Assembly (NCBI GenBank): GCA_002269645.1
Contig: NIVC01000744.1
Location: forward strand, 124,001-188,000
Direction: 5' to 3'
DNA length: 64,000 nt
Source: Macrostomum lignano
Lineage: Eukaryota
The notes beneath the pieces were generated by a model. That model had not been told where the DNA came from, made no database searches, and saw nothing but the letters and a program-made list of their open reading frames with translations. Positions 11,368-24,400 of this stretch are shown here, one piece after another. How positions within the stretch are numbered: position 1 is the first letter of the stretch; each line of letters starts with the position of its first letter. A program made the position numbers and the translations under genes.

Positions 11368-12590
11368 ACTAGAGAGACAGGCAGGCAGACAGTGCAAGCT
11401 GGAAATTACAGACAGTCTAGAGGGACAGGCAGTGCAAGCTGGAAATTACAGACAGTCTAGAGAGACAGACAGTGCAAGCTGGAAATTACAGACAGTCTAG
11501 AGAGACAGACAGTGCAAGCTGGAAATTACAGACAGTCTAGAGAGACAGACAGTGCAAGCTGGAAATTACAGACAGTCTAGAGAGACAGACAGTGCAAGCT
11601 GGAAATTACAGACAGTCTAGAGAGACAGGCAGTGCAAGCTGGAAATTACAGACAGTCTAGAGAGACAGGCAGGCAGACAGTGCAAGCTGGAAATTACAGA
11701 CAGTCTAGAGAGACAGGCAGGCAGACAGTGCAAGCTGGAAATTACAGACAGTCTAGAGAGACAGGCAGTGCAAGCTGGAAATTACAGACAGTTTAGAGAG
11801 ACAGACAGTGCAAGCTGGAAATTACAGACAGTGCAAGCTGGAAATTACAGACAGTCTAGAGAGACAGGCAGTGCAAGCTGGAAATTACAGACAGTTTAGA
11901 GAGACAGACAGTGCAAGCTGGAAATTACAGACAGTCTAGAGAGACAGACAGTGCAAGCTGGAAATTACAGACAGTCTAGAGAGACAGACAGTGCAAGCTG
12001 GAAATTACAGACAGTCTAGAGAGACAGACAGTGCAAGCTGGAAATTACAGACAGTCTAGAGAGACAGGCAGTGCAAGCTGGAAATTACAGACAGTCTAGA
12101 GAGACAGACAGTGCAAGCTGGAAATTACAGACAGTCTAGAGAGACAGGCAGTGCAAGCTGGAAATTACAGACAGTCTAGAGAGACAGGCAGTGCAAGCTG
12201 GAAATTACAGACAGTCTAGAGAGACAGACAGTGCAAGCTGGAAATTACAGACAGTCTAGAGGGACAGGCAGTGCAAGCTGGAAATTACAGACAGTCTAGA
12301 GAGACAGACAGTGCAAGCTGGAAATTACAGACAGTCTAGAGAGACAGGCAGTGCAAGCTGGAAATTACAGACAGTTTAGAGAGACAGACAGTGCAAGCTG
12401 GAAATTACAGACAGTCTAGAGAGACAGGCAGTGCAAGCTGGAAATTACAGACAGTCTAGAGAGACAGGCAGTGCAAGCTGGAAATTACAGACAGTTTAGA
12501 GAGACAGACAGTGCAAGCTGGAAATTACAGACAGTCTAGAGAGACAGGCAGTGCAAGCTGGAAATTACAGACAGTCTAGAGGGACAGGCA
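11368..12590. repeat. Minisatellite, 40-bp unit (CAGTGCAAGCTGGAAATTACAGACAGTCTAGAGAGACAGA)
   Basis: About 30 near-identical tandem units. Confidence 0.97.
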
Positions 12591-13011
12591 GGTAGCCCAA
12601 GTCTAGAAGTTGGCGCCATCGGCCTATTTAGAGTAACATAATTGCTCAAGCTGATTTCAAGACACGTGAAAACGCCAGTTAAATTGGGTTCTGTTATCAT
12701 TGAATTTGAAAAAAATGGAGAAATTCACCTCCAATCAAAGGCTATTTATTGTTTTCTTAAGACAGAATAAAACTCGATTTAAAACGTTACGTAAAAATTG
12801 AGCCATGCAAAAGCAAGTTAAAAGGTGAAGGAATTCGAAGTACCACCAGAACTACAATTAGAAAATCAGGCAGAAGAACTAAATGCCAAGCAAACCGACT
12901 TTCCGTTAGAGAAAAAATGAAATAAAGAGTTAACAATTTATGAAGAAAAGAGCACAGAGTTGATAAATGTTGTCTCGGTAAGGCTGTTCAAGGTAGTCAG
13001 CAGTCCAAGCT

Positions 13012-14850
13012 TTACTTGGCCAGGTAGGCGCTGCAGTGTGATTTTTCCCATGCAAAAAGTACATTATCGCGCTAAGTCAACATTGAAAAGTAGATGGCAC
13101 AGTCAAATTAAGCTTATAATATAGACTTCAATACTGGTTATGGAGATCGGAGCACACAGAGACAGTCAAAGGACCTCACCTTTCCCTAAACCATATGCGC
13201 TCATACAGCTTGTGTGTTAGTCACACCAAAGCAAAGCTCACAGACTGTCAGATTCACTTCCACCCCATTCAACGGGCATGGCTTCCCAGAATCAGGAAAA
13301 CAAGCCCGGCGAAAGAGCAAATAGTCTGTGACAGAAGAAAAATTCTATTAGTGAAATTCAATTACAGCCAATGGTGTGCAGTACCTGCTCTTGGTGATTT
13401 CCGAAGTTCCTTAAAATATATGAAATTTCTATTGGTATCGATGGATAGGAAAAGCATCCACACACTTCTGGGGCTACTTGTTAGTAGGCTTGCACGTACT
13501 GAGATATCTATGTCAAACAATTTCGGACCAAATGCAGAGGTGAAAGCGCTAAGTGAATACGTGAAAGCAGTGAAGCAAAGTTTCGCCACTTGAGCACAGG
13601 TTCTATCATTGAGTACCAAGCTGTAATAAGCAATAGCACAACCGAACTCTCGTACGGAATTTTTATCTTCACAAAGATGCGGCAGACAAAAAAGGCAACA
13701 AGGGCCGACAGCAGGGCAACTCCAGTGAGCAGCATTCGGGTGAACCTGGGCATGATCTGCCGGCTATGCAGCTGGTCTAACATGATGAAGCCGCCGGAGC
13801 CCAGTGCGAACATGCAGCTCGCTGCCAGGCCCTCCATGATGTACTGACCGTTGATCCGGTTTGGCAGGAATGCTACCTGCAGTTGTAGGTTGGGGGCTGT
13901 GTTTGTATAATCTGATCTAGGCCTATGAGATCTGCGAGGGGGCAGTAGCCTAGCAACTGAGGATCTCAAAAAATGGCAGTTGCCCCAGAAACTTAGGATG
14001 TGGGAGGGCGGCAGTGGTTTAGCTAAAAAATTGGGGAAAGAATTCAAGGTAGAATATATTACTATATTACAAAAATACCGTCATATTAAAAGGTGTTAAT
14101 GCTTACAGGTCTACTATGACCTTGGGCATCAACTCTCGAGCCAATGCTGGGTGTCTCCAGAACAATGTCATAAATCACACCTGAAATTTGTTATGAAATG
14201 ATAATTCCTCTGTACAATTTTTCAAGCTTTAAAATATTTTTGTATCTGGTATGACCAGCTTTACTAATACTATAGCATAGGAATATGATTTGCTACATTC
14301 TGACATCTATTTATTTTCATTTAACTGAATAACTCTATTTCTACATTACCTATATATTCTAATTATAAGTATTTAATATTACTTAATACAATAATAGTGA
14401 GCATTTTTTCTTTGCATTTTTCTCAGGAACAATCTTATTCTTAGCACATGTTGTAATTAAATTTACTGGCATGTATTACAACAAGCTTCATTAAAATGAC
14501 ACAACTACATATTTAAACAGTACAGCGGGATAACTAGAATTTATGCCTCCGCACTTCATACTAATTGACTGGAAAAAATTCATTGACAGTTCATTTAATT
14601 AGTATAGGTTCATCACCAAGCTAGACAGAGGGTGATCCTCTACAATATGAAAGAAATATTTTATTTTAGTTTGTGGCTTTTTAAATACTTCAGTAAAATA
14701 GAAAGTCTTACCGGATGTGATCCCAAAATAGAAGATCATAATTACCGTAAAAACAAACATTGGAGAGGGAGTTTTCACCCATGATGGGCACCGCAACTTT
14801 AAATTTGGACATTCCAGAAACTTATAAAGATTGAAAATTATATCAGACAT
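13012..14850 (-). CDS. OSTC: Oligosaccharyltransferase complex subunit OSTC (DC2), 150 aa; exons 14850-14712, 14180-14107, 13876-13656, 13030-13012
   Basis: LECPNLKL...P, GVIYDIVLETPSIG, RPVAFL..RINGQYIMEGLA, GFIMLD, KIPAYLAK*. All junctions are GT-AG and phase-consistent (139+74+221+19=453 nt). Minus-strand AATAAA at 12750-12745. Confidence 0.95.
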
Positions 14851-15410
14851 GTTTAGCAATTTGTACGTAGCAAGTATTATGCAAAATTAGATCAAAAAGT
14901 TTGGTCGAATGCGATGGCCAAGTATTTTCTACGGAAGAACGACAGGCCGGGGGGCCACTCCCGAGTCCACGTGTACACAGAGCATTTGTTTTTGCGCTTC
15001 TATGAGCTATCACGTACCTTTAAAGCTTTTAAGTAATATAAAATTTTAAGCTATTACAACCATGAAAGTACGCTGAGTAAGTTTGCGGTATTTTTTGCTT
15101 TTTTTAGCTGATTTTGGTATGATATTGTTATAATGTGTATCGAATGATGTAAAAAGTTTAAAACCCCACCTTTTCCTAGAAGAAACTGCGGCACAATTTC
15201 CTTACTTAATATAAATCAGCGAAGTATATATGAACTTTGTGAATTATTTTATATTACTGTATTAGTTTGAATATCAATAACATATCAAGCAGTTAAACTG
15301 CTTGTTGTTAGTGAGGCTTGTAATTTTTATCTCACATATAAATTTATTGTTAAAAGTAACTGCACTGCATTTGCAACTGGCCAACCGCTACTAGCAAAGA
15401 AGTTTCTGAG
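14851..15410. promoter_or_regulatory. Putative bidirectional promoter and 5'UTR region between OSTC and GLG1
   Basis: Divergent ATGs 560 bp apart; CACGTG at 14968-14973; a probable GLG1 5'UTR donor gtaagt at 15077. Confidence 0.55.
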
Positions 15411-18400
15411 ATGATCTTTGTCAGCTTTTTGGTATTTTTAACTATTACAGCTGTCTTTGGTAAGCACTAATAGTAATAGCACTAATATTAGAGTGTCTCA
15501 TATCATTGAACTAATCTTATTACTTTGATAGTTTAATTTCATTCCTTAGGCTTGGGCTTGGTCAAGTTGGTGACTTGGTCAGATCATGTGATTATATCTA
15601 GTATAATGCTGTTTCCATACTCTTATAAATTTATGCTGTAACTTTTGAATATTTTTAATTCTCTTTGAAAATTTGAAAGTTGAGTTTGTGCAAGATGATA
15701 TGGCTTAAAACTAAAAAACTAAACTTAAAACTAAAACTTAAGTTTTTCTGTGTATGCCAGACACATTTTTATTGAATTTTCAATTGTAAGCCAACAGATT
15801 TTAAATGTATGCCAACTTAAAAATGGTAAAAAAATCAACAAATATTTAAATTTAAATTTAAACTACAAAAAATTGATAATGACATGACAATTGTTGTGAC
15901 AATTCTGGTAATTAAAATGATTGGTAAATGAGAAAATAGTAGCAGAAAAATGGTTTTTGAAATAACTTAACACAGAAAAAGCATGAAAAAATTCTTTATA
16001 TTAATTTTTATGCCAGTCGCCATACACCACACTGTACACCACACTATACACAGCCAAGAAATGTACGCTGGTGTATGCCACGGAAATCAAGTGTACGCCG
16101 GAATTTTCTGGCGTACACCCTACCATCCACAAAATGGGGAGGGGATAGGAATGTATCCTCCATTTTAATGATTTATAGGAAACAAAAATTAGGGGGTTTT
16201 TTGAAAAAATTCAAAGTAAAGTAGCTTAGATTTAGCAATTGAAGGTGGGGCAGAAAAGAAAAGATATGTAAAGGTGGGCAGTTTTAAACTTTTTGAATTG
16301 CCGCCTGTGTTGTCTTGGCACTTGTAAAGCCGGAAAATCTCATAAACTGATTCGTATAGCTTCTCCTTTTGATACTCTGTCTGCTGGGTCCTTAATTCCA
16401 GGGGGGGATGGTAAGTCATAATTTGCAGTCAAGGAGTTTTTTAATGGCATGGTTGTTCAATTGGGTTTTCAGACACTATAAACTTCATAATCTGTTGATA
16501 TCCTTGGTTTGTTATTATCAGTAGTAGAGTAGCATTGCCACCACCATAATTTTGTATTATAGAACATTAAGGGTCTTAGAGCTTTCTTTGAGATGAGACT
16601 AATTGATTGTTTTATGCCTGTAGGCAAATAACTCAATAGAAAACTAAGGGATTCAAACAAGAACAAATGAATAAATAATTATTAAATTTGTTATAATTTA
16701 TTATGTTGATAAACTGGATAATGGTATACTGCAATAGAGTTACTAAATTATTACTTTGTGGCAGACTCAATGGAGAACGATTCGGTGGTGCCGAGAGTGA
16801 GCAATAGGGTGACTAAAATAAAATCAGACGCTAGCGGTGCTTACAGATGCCTGCCAGCTTTATTCTGATTTTAACAAAGTCAAGTCTTTTTATCCTAATA
16901 AACATGATTTTGGTACTTTTTAAATGCATATTTTGATCAAAAGATAGCAAAAAAACGTTAAATTCTTTATCTTAGTCTTATCTTAGTCTTAAATAGGCCC
17001 ACTTCCAATATACTAAAAATTGTCTGTCTGAAGTCCTACTAAAACAAAAAAGATAAATTTATGTTTAAAAAAAATGCCATATAAAAAATCAATAGCTACC
17101 TTTTTGTCAATCAAAATATATGTCTAATTATATATACTATTGTACCACATAGTTAGAAAAATATTTCAATTTGTTTATAGCCTATAATGATAGCATGAGC
17201 AAGGGCTAATTGAATTACAAAACAGAGTCATGTGATGGGAATTACTTTGTACATAGAAAATTAAGGAGTATGGCCAGTCATCAAAGAGATTGGTAAGGAA
17301 TAGTATGAATGCTTGTTCATGACATTATTTAAGTTAGTTGTTGAACTAGAGCATATTCTTGTGAAGACCTTAAGTCAAAGTCATCTTGGTATATCCTATA
17401 TAAGCATAACCTCTATGTACGCCCATATTTTTGGCATTTGCTATAGAGTTTATCAAATTAGCACAACATGGAACAGCTTTTGCCCCTTGCAAACTGGCTA
17501 ACTAATAAGGCTATTGATGCAGCCAGGCTACCCAGAATGTGACTCCCACAATGTGTATAATTCAACAAGATGTGATCCCATTGTTAAATTTTTCCCAGGC
17601 CAGGGACAGCCAGACCCAGTTGATGCCCTGCTCGCAATGCCCCAGGCAAAGGTCTCAAAGCAACCAGCTCAGCGGGAGGCTACGGCAGCGGCGCCAACTT
17701 TCTTGCCGCCATTGCACCACCGTCAGAAGTCCCTGGCTGTCCGGGAGTTCCTCGGTCGTAGCCGCGGCAGCCAGCCGCTGTACAAACAGCCAGCCTGCCG
17801 GGACTCGGTGCGCCTGCACTGCAGCCAGGCGGTGCGGCGCAACAACTTCGCCGTGCTGGCCTGCTTGCAGCGCAGCCAAGCCGTCGCCGAGTCGCTGCCC
17901 GAGGCCTGCCAGGCCGCCATCTGGCAGCTGAAGTTCAACCTGACCCACAATGTCGACTTTGCCACTGCTGCCAGCGGGGCTTGTCAGGTAAGGCTAATCA
18001 TGGCTTCAGTTTTTTATTACATTTTACAGCTGGGTAAACTGAAGCAATGTAGAGTTAGGTCATTTGCTTAAAAATACAAATTGTTCCAGTGGGATCAGAA
18101 ATCGAACCCCCGACCTTTCAGTCATGAGTCCGACGCTCTAACCACTAGACTACAACCCCTCTGATATGGCATCAGTGTATAGTATAATGTTATCACTAAA
18201 GTTTTAAGCTTTCAAATTGTAGTTTTCCAAGACTTGAAATTTCGAGCTTATAAACCCAGGAGACATTGGGTGCGAGCATTTATTGAAAGCTTGACAACGA
18301 GAAAGAGTTTGCACTCAGCCACTTGCGCTGGCGATCCCCATGTTTTGCCTCTTCTCACCTTTCAAGGAGGACCTTCGCCGGATCAAAGCCTGCGGTCGGG

Positions 18401-21400
18401 AGCCGCCGCGCAGCGTCCTGCGCATCTCCTGCCTCATCGAGCACCGCGCCAACGTGTCGGAGCGGGCCTGCAGATCCTACCTGCGCCGCCTGGAGCCCCT
18501 CGTCTTCGCCGACTATCGACTTGTTGAACGGTTCATCGGCGCTTGCAAAGCCGACGTTGTGCGCACTGGCTGCGGCCGACTCGAGCCCAGGACTAACGCT
18601 GTGTCCGCCTCTCTGCCAACTAGTCAGGTAGGGGCAATGAAATGCCTGCTTTTATTGGTATGTCTGGATTGGAATTATTTGCATTATAGAGTAGGCGCTA
18701 ATCTGAAAGAGTGTGTATTCTAGGGTAGGGGTTGATCTGAGAGAGTGTACATTCTAGGGTAGGGGTTAATCTGAGAGAGTGTACATTCTAGGGTAGGGGT
18801 TGATCTGAGAGAGTGTACATTCTAGGGTAGGGGTTGATCTGAGAGAGTACATTCTAGGGCAGGGGTTGATCTGAGAGAGTGTACATTCTAGGGTAGGGGT
18901 TGGTCTGAGAGAGTGTACATTCTAGGGTAGGGGTTGATCTGAGAGAGTGTACATTCTAGGGTAGGGGTTGATCTGAGAGAGTGTACATTCTAGGGTAGGG
19001 GTTGATCTGAGAGAGTGTACATTCTAGGGTAGCGGTTGGTCTGAGAGAGTGTACATTCTAGGGTAGGGGTTGATCTGAGAGAGTGTACATTCTAGGGTAG
19101 GGATTGATCTGAGAGAATGTACATTCTAGGGTACGGGTTGATCTGAGAGTGTACATTCTAGGGCAGGGGTTGATCTGAGAGAATGTACATTCTAGGGTAC
19201 GGGTTGATCTAAGAGAGTGTACATTATAGGGTAGGGGTTGATCTGAGAGAGTGTACATTCTAGGGTACGGGTTGGCTCATCTGCTGCCACCGCGAATTTC
19301 CATCTCCTACCTTCAGGGCCGCACCGTCGCCTGCCTCGGCCAGAAGGTCGCCGTCGTGAGCCACCAGTGCCGCCTGCAGCTGCTCCGCCTCGCCGAGCTG
19401 CAGACCTCAGACTACCACAACGACAGGCCGCTGTTCTACGCCTGCCGCGACGACCGCGAGCGTCTCTGCGGCGCCGTGTCCTCCGGCGGCGGCCGCGTGC
19501 TGGCCTGCCTCAACCGGCAGCGCGAGGCGGCCCGCCCGGCCTGCCAGGTCGAGCTGGCGCGGGTCCGCGGCCTCGCCGCCCTTGACTTCGCCGTCTATCG
19601 CCGATTCGCCGACGCGTGCGGCGCCGATCTTCACCGGCTCGGCTGCGTGGCGCCCGGCGGAGAGCCGGCCGGGTCCGCGGCCGCCCTGTTGTGCCTGGAG
19701 AGCAGCCTCATCTCCAAGGGCACCACGGCCGTGACTGCCGCCTGCCAGACTCGGATGATGGATGTGAGATGCTGGGATGCCCTCCCAGATCCTCAATTGC
19801 TAGGCCACCGCCCACCCAGATCCTCAGATGCTGGGCCAGCCTCCCAGATCCTCAGTTGCTGGGCCACCGCTCTCCCAGATCCTCAGTTGCTGGGCCACCG
19901 CTCTGCCAGATCCTCTCAGTTGCTGGGCCACCGCCCTCTCAGATCCTCAGTTGCTGGGCCACCGCCCTCCCAGACCCTCAGTTGCTGGGCCACCGCTCTC
20001 CCAGATCCTCTCAGTTGCTGGGCCACCGCCACCTCCCGCATCATCAGCATTGCCTGCTCCATCCTCAGTCTCACCATCCCCCCCCCCACAGGTGCGGTCG
20101 GATTTCATCTCGGACCCGCAGCTGCTGCCCGGCCTGGCCTCGGGCTGCTCCCGGGAGCTGCAGCGCTGCCGGGCGGACCACACGGCGGAGCAGGGGCTGC
20201 TGCACTGCATCATGCGGCAGCTGCGGGCCGCCAGAGACGCCCAGCTGACTGACGGGCCCGGCAGAAATTCCACCAGCGTCTGCGAGCGGGCTGTTGATCG
20301 CGTCCTGCGTGTTGCCATGCCAACCAGGGACCTGCGGGTGGACCCGGTGGTTATGAGCGGCTGCGCCGGCGAGGTGCGGCTGCACTGCTCCGCCCCGGGC
20401 ACGGCCAGCGTGTACACCTGCCTGAAGTCCCGGCTGGCGGCCCAGCCCGAGACCGTCAGCGTGGCCTGCTCCAACCGCCTGGCCGAGCTCGTGTACTTTG
20501 AGAATCGCGACTTTCGTCTGAATGCCCGGCTGTTCAAGGCGTGCCGAGCGGTGGCCGCGGCCCGCTGCGGCGCCGGCGAAACCTGGTGGAGCGGCGCCCG
20601 GGACAAGGCGGCCGCGGTGGCGCTCGGAGCCACCTTTAACTGCCTCTACGGCCTGATGATTCGGAATGAGTGAGGCGGGAGATAAGAGACATTGGGACAT
20701 TAGGGAGATAAGAGAATTAGCAATACTTGATAAGTGAAAGATGGATAACTTGAAGGATTAATTATTTCAGGGAAAGATTAAGAGTTCATGGTATGATTTG
20801 GGGCTTCAGAGATAGATTTAGGACTTCAAGGATAGATTTGGGACTTCATGGATAGATTTGGGACTTCAAGGATAGATTTTGGACTTCAGAGATGGATTTG
20901 GGACTTCAGAGATGGATTTGGGACTTCATGGATAGATTTGGGACTTCAAGGATAGATTTGGGACTTCAGAGATGGATTTGGGACTTCATGGATAGATTTG
21001 GGACTTCATGGATAGATTTGGGACTTCAAGGATAGATTTGGGACTTCAGAGCTAGATTTGGGACTTCATGGATAGATTTAGGACTTCATGGATAGATTTG
21101 GGACTTCATGGATAGATTTGGGGCTGACTTCATGGATAGATTTGGGACTTCAGAGATGGATTTGGGACTTCAAGGATAGATTTGGGACTTCAGGTATAGA
21201 TTTGGGACTTCAAGGATAGATTTGGGACTTCAAGAATAGATTTGGGACTTCAGGTATAGATTTGGGACTTCAAGAATAGATTTGGGACTTCAAGAATAGA
21301 TTTGGGACTTCAAGGATAGATCTGGGAATTAAGGATAGATTTAGAACTTCATAAAAATATTTGGGATTTGGGACTCAGAAGATAAATTTGGGACTTCATG

Positions 21401-24400
21401 GATAGTTGTATTGCTAAATTTAGCGTCCCACCGTCTCTAATGCATAGTTGTAAAATATTGCTAAGAATTTTCAAATTAATGAGTTCTTTATTTTCCCCAA
21501 ATGCCGACTGCTGATTCCTAATTATTTTTATTGACTGAAGATCTCGAGGGCTTTCAATCCCACACTAAGCATTTTTAATCCTGGAAACTGGGCTGCCTCA
21601 TCTCAGACTCATCTCATCTTCATCCTCATCGCAGGACCAGCGTCGCCTGCTCCGCCCAGCTGGCCAAGAGTTTGCGCGAGCGCGCCGATCGTGCGCGCCT
21701 TGACGCGCGCCTGTTCGCGCCCTGCCTGCGCGACCTGTCCCGCCTATGCCTGCACAGCAAGAGGCCGGGCGATGAGTTCACCTGCCTGCAGGACAACCTC
21801 AGCCTGCTGGACCGCACCTGCGCCAGGGTTGTCCGACAGGTGTCCGAGCGGGTGGACTCGGACATTGAGCTCAGTCCCGACCTGCTATTCGTGCACAGTT
21901 GCCAGCCCTTCGTGAGGAAGTTCTGCGACCGAGTTCAGGGCCAGGTCGGGCTGGACAGTGAGTGCCTTCGGCCATAGTGGTGCCAGTCTCATACAATTAC
22001 CGTGACAGAATACCAGTCACACAGAAGGACAATGACAGAGTGTCAGTCACACAGAGTGACAGTGACAGAATACCAGTCACACAGAGTGACAGTGACAGAG
22101 TACCAGTCACACAGAGTGACAGTGACATAGTAGCAGTCACACAGAATGACAGTGACAGAGTATCAGTCACACATAGTGACAGTGACAGAGTGCCAGTCAC
22201 ACAGAGTGACAGTGACAGAGTACCAGTCACACAGAGTGACAATGACAGAGTGTCAGTCACACAGAATGACAGTGACAGAGTGCCAGTCACACAGAGTGAC
22301 AGTGACAGAGTACCAGTCACACAGAGTGACAGTGACAGAGTGCCAGTCACACAGAATGACAGTGACAGAGTGCCAGTCACACAGAGTGACAGTGACAGAG
22401 TAGCAGTCACACAGAATGACAGTGACAGAGTAGCAGTCACACAGAATGACAGTGACAGAGTAGCAGTCACACAGAATGACAGTGACAAGAGCTGAAAGCT
22501 TTCTGAGCGCATCTCACCTTGAACTGTTCGACCCACCTGCCTCCCAGAGACAGTGATGAGCTGCCTCATCCAGCTCAAGGCGCACCCGAAGATGGACCCG
22601 CGCTGCCGTGCAGGCGTGGAGCACCACCAGCTGGTGTCCCTGCGCGACTACCACATCAGCAGGGACTTCGCCTCCGCCTGCGGCGACGACATTCGCCGGC
22701 TCTGCAGCGCCGCGGAAGGCGCTGACGCCGCTGGGGAGCCCAGCAGCAGACGCAACATCGACAAGACCGTCGTCGTGCGCTGCCTCGCCACGGCTGCTCG
22801 AGACGACGTGCTGAAGTCGCGGCCGCAGCGCCTGTCCCGGAAGTGCCAGGGCCAGCTGTCCCTGGAGCTGCTGCAGCGCCACCGCCTGCCCAGCTTGGAT
22901 CCCCGCCTGGCCAAGAGCTGCGAGCTCGAACTCAGGACCCTTTGCCCCCCTGGCAAGGACGGCGGCCGACGGCTCGCCTGCCTTCGAGCCGCCGCCGCCT
23001 CCGATGCTACCAAGGTCTCCGCCGACTGCCGCGCCGCGATCTTCAAGCAGGACAAGGTGAGGCCCGCTGACCCTCCCCTGACAAGGCTGATAACCTGCCA
23101 CTGACCCACTCCTGACAAGGCTGGTGACCTGCCACTGACCCACTCCTGACAAGGCTGATAACCTGCCACTGACCCACTCCTGACAAGGCTGATGACCTGC
23201 CACTGACCCACTCCTGACAAGGCTGATGACCTGCCACTGACCCACTCCTGACAAGGCTGATGACCTGCCACTGACCCACTCCTGACAAGGCTGGTGACCT
23301 ACCTGCCACTGACCCATTCCTGACAAGGCTGAAGACTTGCCGCTGACCCACTCCTGACAAGGCTGATGACCTTCTACTAACCCCACCCCTGATGTCTGAC
23401 ACGCCCGCAGGTGGTGCTGAACGTGCCGGTCCTGGACGCCAGACTGATGGCCTCCTGTCAGCGGATGATCGCCCGGCACTGCTCAGACCGAGTGTCCCGG
23501 CCTGTGCAGCTGTACACCTGTCTGCGCTCCCGCATGCACCACGCCTCGTTTGATGCCGGCTGCTTCGCTGTGGTGAACGAGCGAATGCAGATGCAGCAGG
23601 CTGACTACAGGCTGAACCCGGAGCTGCAGCGCTACTGCGGACAGGATATTGACAGGTGCGGCACTCTGGGAATTAGAATAGCACTCTGGGGATTAAAATG
23701 GCACTCTGGGGATTAAAATGGCACTCTGGGGGTCAGAATAGCACTCTGGGGCTAGAATGGCACTCTGGGGATCAGAATGGCACTCTGGGGATCAGAATGG
23801 CACTCTGGGGATCAGAATGGCACTCTGGGGCTAGAATGGCACTCTGGGGCTAGAATGGCACTCTTGGGATCAGAATGGCACTCTGGGGATCAGAATGGCA
23901 CTCTGGAGATCAGAATTGCACTCTGGGGATCAGAATGGCACTCTGGGGATCAGAATGGCACTCTGGGGCTAGAATGGCACTCTGGGGCTAGAATGGCACT
24001 CTTGGGATCAGAATGGCACTCTGGGGATCAGAATGGCACTCTGGGGATCAGAATGGCACTCTGGGGATAAGGATGGCACTCTGGGGATCAGAATGGCACT
24101 CTGGGGATCAGAATGGCACTCTGGGGCTAGAATGGCACTCTGGGGCTAGAATGGCACTCTGGGGCTAGAAAGTTACTCTTGGGATCAGAATAGCACTCTG
24201 GGGATCAGAATGGCACTCTGGGGCTAGAATGACACTCTAGGGGTCAGAATGGCACTCTGGGGCTAGAAAGTTACTCTTGGGATCAGAATTGCACTCTGGG
24301 ATTTAAAATGGCACTCTGGGGCTAGAATGGCACTCTGGGGATAAGGATGGCACTCTGGGGATCAGAATAGCACTCTGGGGATCAGAATGGCACTCTGGGG

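Noticed and set aside
16189-16419. FFSAPPSIAKSKLL as a hAT dimerisation motif
   Set aside because: The resemblance is too short and weak, and there is no other transposase signal or TIR.
21962-22578. VTQSDSDRVP-repeat ORF resembling an adhesin or SD-repeat protein
   Set aside because: A 30-bp intronic array; GLG1 exons 6 and 7 splice around it in phase.
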